From a bacterium (GTDB lineage Bacteria; Actinomycetota; Acidimicrobiia; Spongiisociales; Spongiisociaceae), in contig JAPOQZ010000082.1 of NCBI GenBank assembly GCA_026710435.1, positions 19,770-83,769 on the forward strand: 64,000 nucleotides of DNA, read 5' to 3'. Below, in pieces: positions 35,606-44,693 of the stretch. The position numbers and the translations under genes were made by a program. Each line of letters begins with the position of its first letter. The stretch's first letter is position 1. Below the pieces are notes generated by a model. The model searched no databases and was not told the DNA's origin. It saw only the letters and a program-made list of their open reading frames with translations.

Positions 35606-35863
35606 TCACTTGAACCTGGCTCTCAGCTCCTCCACACTGGCGTACTCCCTAAAGTCCTCACCGTCACGCGCATGCTGCAACGCCTTCAGGGTCTCGGTGT
35701 TGGGAATCCTCACAGCGAACAGCAGGCCTTTCTGCAAGGTCACCTGCTTGTAGAACAGCGTGATCGCCTGCGTCACGGAAAGGCCCAACTGCGCGAACAG
35801 TTCCTCCGCCTGTAGCTTCAGCTCAGGTTCGATTCGAGCGCGGATCGTGGCAGTCTTGGTCAT
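35606..35863 (-). CDS. dinJ: RelB/DinJ family antitoxin
   Basis: MTKTATIRARIEPELKLQAEELFAQLGLSVTQAITLFYKQV is a textbook DinJ N-terminus. Confidence 0.8.
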   Translation of the reverse strand: MTKTATIRARIEPELKLQAEELFAQLGLSVTQAITLFYKQVTLQKGLLFAVRIPNTETLKALQHARDGEDFREYASVEELRARFK

Positions 35864-35932
35864 CGCGGTTACTCCCTTAGTGAACTCCCCCCCTAATGTA
35901 GCGCAAATGGGGTACATACTTACCTGTGGTCG

Positions 35933-36124
35933 ATGTGTGAGCGACCCGTAGACCACCTCCTCACATCTGGAGACGGTCACGTCGCTATCACCAAGGAGTT
36001 CCGGGACGAGAAACCGTCGACGTGGCTGCAGGCCACGTCTTCCGGCCGCCGGGCCTTCGCGAACTATCTCGCCAACCTGGAGAAGGTGTTGAAGTGGGTC
36101 CCTCCTCTTCCTCGGGAGGATTAG
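35933..36124 (+). pseudogene. C-terminal remnant of a winged-helix (HTH_34-like) transcriptional regulator
   Basis: GHVAITKEFRDEKPSTWLQATSSGRRAFANYLANLEKVL matches the wing/C-terminal half of the family. No N-terminal HTH half is present upstream. Confidence 0.4.
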
Positions 36125-36187
36125 TTGCCGGAACGGGGGATGACTCGTTCGCCGGTGTCCCGCCGCGAGCGATCAGGGAACGTCCTG

Positions 36188-37012
36188 TCAAACGGTGGCG
36201 GTCTTGCCCGGCAGCAGCTTGTTCCAGATGTCGTACCGCATGTCGGCGAACAAGGGGTCCCGCTTCAGGTCCCCCTCGGTCCTCGGATACGGGAAGGGAA
36301 CGTCGATTATCTCGCTCACCGTGCCCGGGTGGGCCGACATGACTGCTACCCGCCCGGACAGGAAGATCGCCTCGTCCACGCTGTGGGTGACGAACACCAC
36401 CGTCTTGCGGGTCTTCTCCCAGATCCCGAGCAGTTCGATCTGCATCAACTCACGGGTTTGGGCATCTAGGGCTCCGAACGGTTCGTCCATCAGCAGGATC
36501 TCGGGATCCACGGCGAGTGCCCTCGCTATGCCGACCCTCTGCTGCATACCGCCCGACAACTCGTGGGGGTGTAGGTTCGCAAAGCTCTCGAGGCCCACCA
36601 TCCGTATGTACTTCCAGGCGATCTCCTCGCGCTCGGCTCTTGACTTGCCTGCCGCCTCGAGAGGTAGGGTCACGTTTCCAATCACCGTACGCCACGGGAA
36701 CAAACCGAAGTTCTGGAAGACGAAAGCACGGTCTCGGCCAGGTCCGGTGACCGGTCTCCCCGATACCCTCACTGAGCCCGCGTCGTAGGGCACCAGACCA
36801 TCCAGCACCTTCAAGAGGGTGGTCTTGCCACATCCACTGGGACCGATGAGGCTGACGAATTCGCCTTCCGCAACAGTCAAACTGGCATCACTCAGTGCCT
36901 GAACGGTTCCATGCTGCCTTCCCCGCCTGCCGAAGCGCGTGGATGTCGTACCGGTCTTCCGGTAGTACTTGTCGACGTGCTCGATCTCGATCTTCGGCCT
37001 GGCCACCGGCAA
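36188..37012 (-). CDS. ABC transporter ATP-binding protein (NitT/TauT family)
   Basis: It has Walker A GPSGCGKTT, the signature LSGGMQQR and Walker B LMDEPFGALD. Confidence 0.9.
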   Translation of the reverse strand: MPVARPKIEIEHVDKYYRKTGTTSTRFGRRGRQHGTVQALSDASLTVAEGEFVSLIGPSGCGKTTLLKVLDGLVPYDAGSVRVSGRPVTGPGRDRAFVFQNFGLFPWRTVIGNVTLPLEAAGKSRAEREEIAWKYIRMVGLESFANLHPHELSGGMQQRVGIARALAVDPEILLMDEPFGALDAQTRELMQIELLGIWEKTRKTVVFVTHSVDEAIFLSGRVAVMSAHPGTVSEIIDVPFPYPRTEGDLKRDPLFADMRYDIWNKLLPGKTATV

Positions 37013-37074
37013 CTCCTACTCGAACCAACGGCGCTGTACAAGACGCGCGACCGGACGGCGCGCTGCTCGCTCAT

Positions 37075-37098
37075 CTGTATACAGTGCTCTGTATACAG
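37075..37098. promoter_or_regulatory. Two tandem perfect 10-bp palindromes (CTGTATACAG x2) in a divergent promoter region
   Basis: CTGTATACAG at 37075-37084 and 37089-37098 are separated by TGCT. They lie between the ABC ATPase gene (minus) and the MFS gene (plus). A third TGTACA is at about 37034. Confidence 0.45.
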
Positions 37099-37136
37099 AA
37101 TAGCGGAGGCACCGATCCTGCCTACTAGAAACCGAG

Positions 37137-38612
37137 ATGGCCGTCGGCCCTCTCGTCCAGTCGCTCCCACCGTACCCTACGCGGGCCGGCGTGCTCACCA
37201 CTCGGGTCGATACGGGCAGGCCGGAACGGACATGTGGCGTGGACACCGTTAGGGGCCGGCTTTCGCCGACCGCCATCCTTGCCATGGTCGCGGCGGCCGT
37301 GTTCCTCACCGTGGCCAACACGTCGGCGTCGGCGGTCTCCCAACCCGCCATCGCCGCAACCTTCGGTGCCGGCCCAGCCGATGTCGGGTGGGTGGTCTTC
37401 GGTTATTCGGGAACGTTCGCGGTGGCCACCGCCCTGTACGGGAGGCTGGCCGCCCGTTTCGGGTTGGGAAGAACCCTCTCGTTCGGGATCCTCCTCCTGG
37501 CCTTTGGGTCGCTGGTTGCGGTCGTAGCGCCGACCCTGCCGGCAGTGATCGCCGCCCGGGTGATCCAGGGGGCGGGTTCGGGGGCCATCCCGACCCTGTC
37601 GGTGGCCATCCTCGCCACCAGGTTCCCATCCCCGAAGCGCCAGTTCGCGTACGGGATCATCACGGCGGTGGTGGGCGTCGCCCAGGCACTCGGACCGATG
37701 ATCGGTGGCCTGCTCGTGGACCTCATCAGTTGGAGAGCCGCGGTGGCGATAGGGATGCTGATCTCGCCCGTCGCCGCCTTCATCTGGTATGACCTGCCCC
37801 AGCGCGGGGACCCGGCCCACCGCCTGGACTATGCCGGAGCCGGCTCGGTCCTGCTGATGATCGGCGGCTTCGTCTACGCCATCAACCGGGTACCGATGGA
37901 CGGTGCCACGCTCCTGACCGGGGGTGCGGTGATCATTGCCGCTCTGGGCGCTGTACTCACCGCCTCCCGGGCGAAGCGCCACCCTGCCCCGTTCATCCCC
38001 AGATCGGTGGTGTGCGACCGGGGGTTTCTCCCGCTGGCAATCGCCGCCTTCGTGGGCAGCGCTTCCTATCTGGGCACGATCGTTGCGTTGCCATCCGCTC
38101 TGTCCCGGGTCTACGAGATAGATGCGGTGGGAATCGGCTTGGTCATCGTCCCCGCGGCGGCTTCGGTCGCCGTCGCATCCACAGTCAACAGCGTTGCAGT
38201 ACGCCGATTAGGCCATGCGGCCACAACCCTGGCGTCGCTACTGTTCCTGTTGGTCGGTACCGGGTTGCTCGCCGCGCTGGGGATAGAGCGCGGCCTGGGT
38301 TCGGTGGCCCTCATGGTGATACCACTGGGCATCGGGTTCGGACTACTCACTCCTCCGCTGGTGGATGCGGTGACGAAACGCTTCGAAGGTACCTCACAGT
38401 CGATCGCGATCGGGGTCTTCTACCTCGGATTCTTCCTGGGTGGATCATCGGGTGGAGCACTGGCGACCGGGATCATCCAGCGCGACCTGTCCATCCCGCT
38501 GCTGGGTTCGGGGTTTCCGGTGGGCGAAGCCGGGCTGACCGCTGTGGCATTGGCGGGAGCCGTCATGATGGCGCGTATCCTCATCAGGAACCCCCGACGG
38601 GTTGACGCATGA
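37137..38612 (+). CDS. MFS transporter (DHA2/EmrB-like, about 14 TM)
   Basis: The translation is TM-rich and has a GRLAARFGLGRT loop. The true start may be a downstream GTG near 37240. Confidence 0.85.
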   Translation: MAVGPLVQSLPPYPTRAGVLTTRVDTGRPERTCGVDTVRGRLSPTAILAMVAAAVFLTVANTSASAVSQPAIAATFGAGPADVGWVVFGYSGTFAVATALYGRLAARFGLGRTLSFGILLLAFGSLVAVVAPTLPAVIAARVIQGAGSGAIPTLSVAILATRFPSPKRQFAYGIITAVVGVAQALGPMIGGLLVDLISWRAAVAIGMLISPVAAFIWYDLPQRGDPAHRLDYAGAGSVLLMIGGFVYAINRVPMDGATLLTGGAVIIAALGAVLTASRAKRHPAPFIPRSVVCDRGFLPLAIAAFVGSASYLGTIVALPSALSRVYEIDAVGIGLVIVPAAASVAVASTVNSVAVRRLGHAATTLASLLFLLVGTGLLAALGIERGLGSVALMVIPLGIGFGLLTPPLVDAVTKRFEGTSQSIAIGVFYLGFFLGGSSGGALATGIIQRDLSIPLLGSGFPVGEAGLTAVALAGAVMMARILIRNPRRVDA

Positions 38613-38739
38613 CCGGTGTCTCCGGGGAACCACCGTTCCGGGCGTTGGGACGGTCCGGCGGTATCCTCAGGGACCATGGACCGTCGACATCATGGGACGC
38701 GCGGCCGATGAACCACCTACCGTAGGGAAACCCGTGAAC

Positions 38740-39810
38740 ATGCCGAGGACCATGCGGGCGATGGCGCTCATGGAGGTCGGCGGGCCTCACCACATCGTGG
38801 ATACGAACCTGCCCGTACCGGAACCGGCGGCCGACGAGGTGCTGATCCGGGTCCGGACGGTGGCTGTCAACCACCAGGATCGATTCACGATGTCGGGCCG
38901 GGCCCACAAGGCGAACCTCTCCTTTCCCCATGTGATGGGCATCGATCCGTCGGGAGTGGTAGCCGGACGCGGCTCGCAGGTCACCTCCCTTGCGATCGGG
39001 CAGCGGGTGGTCGTCAAACCCCCGATAGCGTGCGGCGCCTGCAGCTTCTGTATCCAAGACATGGACGACTCCTGCCCCTCGCTCCACAACGTCGGGGTTC
39101 ACCGATGGGGCGGCCACGCCGAGTACGTCACGGTGCCCGAACGCAGCGTGTTCCCCATTGCCCCGGGGTTGAGCCACGTGAAGGCCAGCGCACTGGCCCA
39201 CTCGTTTCCGGTGGCGGAGCAGATGTTCACCCGCGTGGGGCTGAGCGGGGACGACGTGGTGTTGGTAGCGGGGGCGTCCGGCGCCATCGGCTCCGCCGCC
39301 GTCCAGCTTGCCAAGCTCGCCGGTGCCTTCGTCATCGGTGCGGCCGGCTCCCCCGATCGCGCGGCTCGGGCAGCCGCAGCAGGCGCGGACGCCACCATCG
39401 ACTACACCTCCGAACCCGACTTCTCGGGCAGGGCACGCAGCCTCGTCCCCGAGGGCGTTACCGTCTTCCTCGACCCGGCCAGCAACCCACAGGTATGGAA
39501 CGAGGTCCTCAAGACGCTCCGGAACCGGGCCCGGGTCGTGGTCTGCGGATCGCACGCCGGTCCGATGGTCGAACTCAACAACAACTGGTTGTTCCGATCG
39601 CGGGTGGCGATCTACGGGAGTTCGGGGTCCACGCGGAGGGGGATGCGGAGGTGTATCGACCTGGCAGCAGCGGGCGGCATCCGTCCGGCGATCGATTCGG
39701 TCCGGCCCCTCGGCGGCATCCGGGAGGCATACGCCGACCTGGGTTCGAGGCGCAACATAGGCAAGATCGTCCTGCGCGTATCGGGCGGCGACAACCCGGC
39801 GGGCGGCTGA
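38740..39810 (+). CDS. Zinc-type alcohol dehydrogenase/quinone oxidoreductase (MDR superfamily)
   Basis: GIDPSGVV, the structural-zinc-like CGACSFCIQDMDDSC and the NAD-binding GASGAIGSAAVQLAK are present. Confidence 0.85.
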   Translation: MPRTMRAMALMEVGGPHHIVDTNLPVPEPAADEVLIRVRTVAVNHQDRFTMSGRAHKANLSFPHVMGIDPSGVVAGRGSQVTSLAIGQRVVVKPPIACGACSFCIQDMDDSCPSLHNVGVHRWGGHAEYVTVPERSVFPIAPGLSHVKASALAHSFPVAEQMFTRVGLSGDDVVLVAGASGAIGSAAVQLAKLAGAFVIGAAGSPDRAARAAAAGADATIDYTSEPDFSGRARSLVPEGVTVFLDPASNPQVWNEVLKTLRNRARVVVCGSHAGPMVELNNNWLFRSRVAIYGSSGSTRRGMRRCIDLAAAGGIRPAIDSVRPLGGIREAYADLGSRRNIGKIVLRVSGGDNPAGG

Positions 39811-39969
39811 ACGCTCACCCACCCGCTTCAGGATCCCCTCGAGGCTGCCCGCATGACACGATCCCTCCTCAACCCAGTGTCCTGGATCTGAGATGCGCCG
39901 ACGGCGTCCTTGGTCACGACCCGGACTGCCTCCGGGGTTCGAGACCGTGAGAAGGGCCGGACCTGCCGC

Positions 39970-40132
39970 CTCCGGCGGGGTCCCACCCCCTACCGCCGCC
40001 TCCTCGGCGCCGAAACGCGTCCCGCCATCGCCCCTACCGGGGTCGTACGGTCAGCATGATCCCAGCCCGGCCCGGTCGGTACCCAAAACGGACCGCTTGG
40101 TGCTTTGCGGTTACCTACCAGTATGCGACGGG
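39970..40132 (+). repeat. Non-coding repeat family 2, copy A (downstream flank of the E1-E1-Mo module)
   Basis: A roughly 60-bp core (CTCCGGCGGGGTCCCACCCCCTACCGCCGCCTCCTCGGCGCCGAAACGCGTCCCGCCATC) and a distal box (GGTTACCTACCAGTATGCGA) match 46789-46945 in the same orientation. Confidence 0.6.
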
Positions 40133-40205
40133 CCTGTGACAGAACCGTTTCTCGCATCATGATCCAAGGCTTCGACATCGAATAGCTAACAGTGACTCCA
40201 GGGCA

Positions 40206-42464
40206 TCATGAATGTCCTGAGCGGATCGCCTCCCACACCCGGGCGGGGGTAAGAGGGAAGCCCAAGGACGTCACGCCGTCTTCGCGCAACGCGTCGTGGA
40301 CCGCGTTCAGGATTGCTGGTGGAGCCCCTATGCAGCCGGCCTCGCCCGTCCCCTTGACGCCTAGGGGATTGCCGGGCGCGGGAGTGGTGGTCCGCCGGGT
40401 CGTCAGCGGGAAGGGTTGGATGGCGCTGGGAACCAGGTAGCCGGCCAGGTTGCCGTTCATCGGTTGCCCGTCCGCGTCGTAGACGACCTCCTCCAGCAGG
40501 GCCTCCCCGATGCCTTGCATGATCGAGCCATGTACTTGGCCCTCGACGATCATCGGGTTGAGCACGTTGCCACAGTCGTCGACAGCCACCAGCAACAGCA
40601 GATCGACCTCGCCCGTCTCGCGTTCCACTCCGACCACCGCCACGTAACTGCCGAACGGGTAGGCGAGCGTCCTGGCTATGTACATCTCCTCGGCAGCCAG
40701 TTCGACGGCGGCGGCCCGGGCTCCGGCAGCCACCTCGGCGAGCGTGACCGTCGCGCCCGGCGAGCCAACCACACCGAAGCTCCCGTCGACCAGGACCAGG
40801 TCCGCCTCCGACGCTTCGAGCATCCCGGCGGCGACCTCCCGGGCTCGGGTGCGAACCTCGAGGGCGGTTCGAAGGATCGCCGACGCGCCTAGTTGCGCGG
40901 AGCGGCTCGCGAAGCTGCCCACACCGGTTGCCACCTCGCCGGTGTCGCCCGCGTAGAAGGTCACGCTCCCGGTGGGCACGGAGAACACGCCGGCGGCGAT
41001 CTGGGACCAGACCGACCGGTGCCCCTGGCCGGCGGGCGTGGATCCGGTCCGCACGACCACGCCGCCGTCCTCGCTGATCTCGCCCCTGCCGTACTCGCCA
41101 GTACCCGGCGCCCCTCCGGCCCTTTCTATGAACGAGCCGACACCTATGCCGATGGGATCCTCCCCACGGCCGCGCCGGTCCGCCTGGAGCTTCCGCCACC
41201 CGGCGACATCGGCCGTATTCAGGGCCAACTCCAGGGCGCCCGCGTAGTCGCCGGAGTCGTAGACCGAGCCGGTGTGGGTCGTGTAGGGGAAGGCTGCCTT
41301 GTCGAGGAAACTGCGGCGCCGCACGTCCTCGGGAGGCAACCCGGCCGCGTCCGCGAAGGCATCCACCGCCCGCTCGATCGCGATGGCCGCCTCCGGCCTC
41401 CCGGCGCCACGGTACGGGCCGACCGGGGCTCGATTGGTCACCACGGCCGTTCCGGTGACTTCGAGATGCTCGACGTCGTAGGGGCCCTGCATCACGGGAA
41501 GAGCGAAGAAGGGGACCCGGGCACCGGCACAGGGGTACGCCCCCGCGTCGCCCAGCACATCCGCTGACAGGTAACGGATCCGCCCGTGCCGGTCACCGCC
41601 GATCCGCACGCTGATGTGCATGGCTCGCCCGTGGGTCCCGCAGACCAACTGCTCGGTGCGGCTCTGGAGCCAGACCGCGGGCCTACCCAGGCGATGGGCG
41701 ATAGCCGCCACCACCGGGTACTCGGGGTAGAACTGGCCCTTCGTGCCGAAACCACCACCCACGTCCGGCACCCTGGCCCTGATCCTTGCCGGATCGAGAC
41801 CCAGGATCGCTCCGAGCTGGCCCGGCAGACCGGCGGGGTGCTGGTGGCCGCACCAAACCTCGAGCCCGGCGCTCACCGGGCGGGCGAGGATGGTCAGGGG
41901 CTCGATGGTCACGGGCGACACTCTGGGAATGTCGACCTCGACCGAGGCCTCGATCTCGGCCGGGGGGCGGAACCCTCCGGTCCCGATGGTCTGGCGGTGT
42001 ACAACGTTCGAGCCGGTGTCCGGGAACAGCAGCACGTCGCCGGCCAGCGCGGAGGTGGGATCCACCGCGGGGAGCTCCTCGATGTCGACCCACACCATGC
42101 CCGCGGCGTCCACCGCCTGGACGGCCGACTCGGCAACCACCACCGCAACCGGCTCCCCGACGTGGCGCACCCGGTCACGGGCGAGCGGCGGCTGACCCAT
42201 GCCGGCCGCCTCCGGCGCACCTGGATGGGGACACGGCGGCATGTCCGGCAAGCCGAGATCGTCAGCGCCGAACACGGCGACCACGCCAGGAAGGTCGCGG
42301 GCATCGGCCAGATCGGGTGTTAGGAGCCTGCCATGGGCGACGGGGCTGCGGACGAATGCACAGTGAAGGGTGTCCTCGTCCACCAAGTCGCCGACATACC
42401 GGCCGGCGCCGGTGATCAGCGGGGGGTCCTCGAGCCTCACCGCCAAGTTGCCTAGATCCACCAT
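40206..42464 (-). CDS. Mo-hydroxylase molybdopterin-binding large subunit (xanthine dehydrogenase family), with no adjacent FeS/FAD subunits
   Basis: VGGGFGTKG, PYRGAGRPE and the C-terminal GTGEAG are present. The ATG at 42464 has the SD GGAGGAG. Confidence 0.9.
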   Translation of the reverse strand: MVDLGNLAVRLEDPPLITGAGRYVGDLVDEDTLHCAFVRSPVAHGRLLTPDLADARDLPGVVAVFGADDLGLPDMPPCPHPGAPEAAGMGQPPLARDRVRHVGEPVAVVVAESAVQAVDAAGMVWVDIEELPAVDPTSALAGDVLLFPDTGSNVVHRQTIGTGGFRPPAEIEASVEVDIPRVSPVTIEPLTILARPVSAGLEVWCGHQHPAGLPGQLGAILGLDPARIRARVPDVGGGFGTKGQFYPEYPVVAAIAHRLGRPAVWLQSRTEQLVCGTHGRAMHISVRIGGDRHGRIRYLSADVLGDAGAYPCAGARVPFFALPVMQGPYDVEHLEVTGTAVVTNRAPVGPYRGAGRPEAAIAIERAVDAFADAAGLPPEDVRRRSFLDKAAFPYTTHTGSVYDSGDYAGALELALNTADVAGWRKLQADRRGRGEDPIGIGVGSFIERAGGAPGTGEYGRGEISEDGGVVVRTGSTPAGQGHRSVWSQIAAGVFSVPTGSVTFYAGDTGEVATGVGSFASRSAQLGASAILRTALEVRTRAREVAAGMLEASEADLVLVDGSFGVVGSPGATVTLAEVAAGARAAAVELAAEEMYIARTLAYPFGSYVAVVGVERETGEVDLLLLVAVDDCGNVLNPMIVEGQVHGSIMQGIGEALLEEVVYDADGQPMNGNLAGYLVPSAIQPFPLTTRRTTTPAPGNPLGVKGTGEAGCIGAPPAILNAVHDALREDGVTSLGFPLTPARVWEAIRSGHS

Positions 42465-42672
42465 GTCAATGCTCCTCCGTGGGAACGACCCGATCACCGG
42501 AGTCGATCCGTCGCGGGAACCACTCCACGTCCCGGTCCTCTCCACCCGGTACGGGCCGGAGAGTACCCGCCGGCCTCGGGACCGGTTTCGCTCTGTCCCG
42601 GTCGAGCGGTCACCGGCGACGGCACCTCACTCCTGCGGCTTGCGGCAAGGGAAACCGCGCCACCCGGCACGC

Positions 42673-43662
42673 CTACCCGGGGGCGGCGCCGACCACCGAG
42701 CGCACCGCGGCGACGATCTTGTCGGTGGTCGGCTCCACATGCTGCTCGAGGGGCGGGCTGAACGGTATCGGGACGTCGGCGGTGGTCACCCTCACCGGAG
42801 GAGACACCAGGTCTCCGAACGAGTTCTCCGTCACCACTGCCATGATCTCGGCAGCCACACCGCACCGGCGGTGGCATTCGTCGACGACCACCAGCCGGCC
42901 GGTCTTCGCCACCGAGTCGAGGATGGCCTGCTCGTCGAGCGGGGAGAGGGTACGAGGATCGATGACCTCCACGTCGATGCCTTCGCTACCCAGGGTCTCG
43001 GCCGCCTCGAGCGCCCGCAGCACCATCCAGGATGAGGCGAACACGGTCACGTCCCCACCCCGGCGCTTGACATCGGCCACCCCGAAGGGGATGGCGAAGT
43101 CGTCGCCATCGTCGGGAACCGGACCACGGGTGTCGAAGAGGCGCACATGATCAACCCAGGCGGTCGGGTTGTCGGAGGCGGCGGCGGTCTTGACGAGCCC
43201 CATCACGTCGCGGGGGGTCGAGGGAGCCATTATCTCCAGCCCGGGGGTGTTCCAGAGCATCGCCTGCGGGCTGTGGGTGTGCTGGGCGGCGCCCCCGCCC
43301 CGGATCCCGTGGTTGAAGTGGAAGATCATCGGTACCTTCGTGGATCCGCCGGACATGTAGTGGATGTTGGCCGCCTCGTTCACTATCTGGGGAAAGGCCT
43401 GGAATATGAAGCTGGCCGTCGCTATGTCCACGATCGGCCTCAGCCCGGCCAGTGCCGCACCGATCGCCACCCCCACGTAGCCGACCTCGGCAATCGGAGG
43501 GTGGTACACCCGGCCCGGGTAGTCCGCGTGCAGGCGGGCCATGATCTCCCGGTGCTTGGTGAGGCCTAGGAAGTACAGCCCCATCAGGTGAACCCGCTCG
43601 TCCGTTGCCAGCCGGCGCCGCAACGACTCGACCAGTGCCTCGGCATAGAGCATCTCGCGCAT
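42673..43662 (-). CDS. 2-oxoacid/acetoin dehydrogenase E1 component beta subunit (pair 2)
   Basis: It shows transketolase-like pyrimidine-binding and C-terminal domains (PIAEVGYVGVAIGAALAGLRPIV; VIDPRTLSPLD). Confidence 0.9.
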   Translation of the reverse strand: MREMLYAEALVESLRRRLATDERVHLMGLYFLGLTKHREIMARLHADYPGRVYHPPIAEVGYVGVAIGAALAGLRPIVDIATASFIFQAFPQIVNEAANIHYMSGGSTKVPMIFHFNHGIRGGGAAQHTHSPQAMLWNTPGLEIMAPSTPRDVMGLVKTAAASDNPTAWVDHVRLFDTRGPVPDDGDDFAIPFGVADVKRRGGDVTVFASSWMVLRALEAAETLGSEGIDVEVIDPRTLSPLDEQAILDSVAKTGRLVVVDECHRRCGVAAEIMAVVTENSFGDLVSPPVRVTTADVPIPFSPPLEQHVEPTTDKIVAAVRSVVGAAPG

Positions 43663-43673
43663 ACCATCCTCTC

Positions 43674-44693
43674 CTAGGCGTAGACGGACTCGAGGGCGCT
43701 GGCCGCGAGGGGATACGGACTGTCGAGAGCGAACCGGATTCCCGCATCGATCTGGTTCTTGACCTGCTCGTCCATCGCCAGCACTTCGTCGGCGGTGAGG
43801 ACTCCTGCCGAGAGCAGTTCCCGAACGTAGCGGAGCAGCCCGTCCTGCTCGGTGTGCCACACCGCGTAGTCGGCCGGGATCGCCGAGGCATCCCAGGCGT
43901 AGGTCGGATCGGTGGGACCGGTGAGAAGCTGCGGCCAGAGCGGTCGGCTCCCCGGCCAGCGAACTGTGAGGGCCTCTATGAACGTGGGGCCACCGCCCCC
44001 TCGCGCTCGCCCGACGGCTGTGGCCATCGCATCGTGGACCGCGCCGGTATCCGTGCCGTCCACCGTGATCGTGGGCACCTTGAAGGCCGCGGCGAGGTCG
44101 GTGAGCGGGGCGGCCGCCATGGTGGAGGACGGGTACTCGTTGGCCTTCTGGCCGAGCGCCTCCAGGCTGTTGTTCTCGCACAGGTAGATAACGGGGAGGC
44201 CCTCGAGGGAGGCGATGTTGATCGACTCGTGGAAGGTGCCCTCCTCAAGCGCCCCGTCCCCGAACAGACAGACGGACACCCGATCCTTTCCGAGCCGGGA
44301 GAAGGCGAACGCGGCACCGGTCGCCAGCGGCGTGCAGCCCCCGGTGGCCGCAGACGTGGTCGGGAAGCCGTTCTCGACCGAGGCGATGTGCAGGGTGCCT
44401 CCCTTGCCGCGGTTGGTACCGGTCTCCTTGCCCAGGATCTCAGCGAACATGGCGGCCGGATCGGTGCCTCTGGACAGCAGGTGACCATGGTTCCGGTGGG
44501 TGGTGAAACCGACGTCTCCCGGTTCGAGCTGCGCCAGAGCCGCCACACCGGTGGCCTCCTGGCCGATGTACACATGGAAATGGCCGACGGCGTACTCGCC
44601 GGCCAGCTTTATCAGCCCCTCCTCGAAGCGGCGGATGACCAGCATCCGGCGCAGGTAGTCGCGGAGGCGATCAGGTGGTAGGCCGGGAATCAT
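43674..44693 (-). CDS. TPP-dependent dehydrogenase E1 component alpha subunit (pair 2)
   Basis: The TPP motif is GDGALEEG...CENN. Confidence 0.9.
   Translation of the reverse strand: MIPGLPPDRLRDYLRRMLVIRRFEEGLIKLAGEYAVGHFHVYIGQEATGVAALAQLEPGDVGFTTHRNHGHLLSRGTDPAAMFAEILGKETGTNRGKGGTLHIASVENGFPTTSAATGGCTPLATGAAFAFSRLGKDRVSVCLFGDGALEEGTFHESINIASLEGLPVIYLCENNSLEALGQKANEYPSSTMAAAPLTDLAAAFKVPTITVDGTDTGAVHDAMATAVGRARGGGGPTFIEALTVRWPGSRPLWPQLLTGPTDPTYAWDASAIPADYAVWHTEQDGLLRYVRELLSAGVLTADEVLAMDEQVKNQIDAGIRFALDSPYPLAASALESVYA

Noticed and set aside
37075-37098. CTGT...ACAG palindromes as LexA/SOS boxes.
   Set aside because: E. coli-type SOS boxes are CTGT-N8-ACAG, and actinobacterial ones are TCGAAC-N4-GTTCGA. 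Here the spacing is CTGT-AT-ACAG, and the flanking genes are transporters rather than DNA-repair genes.
42465-42672. The 208-nt spacer upstream of the orphan Mo-hydroxylase large-subunit gene as a candidate Moco riboswitch.
   Set aside because: From memory, I could not recognise the Moco-motif consensus, and only weak hairpins are visible. I have not called it without a cmscan result.
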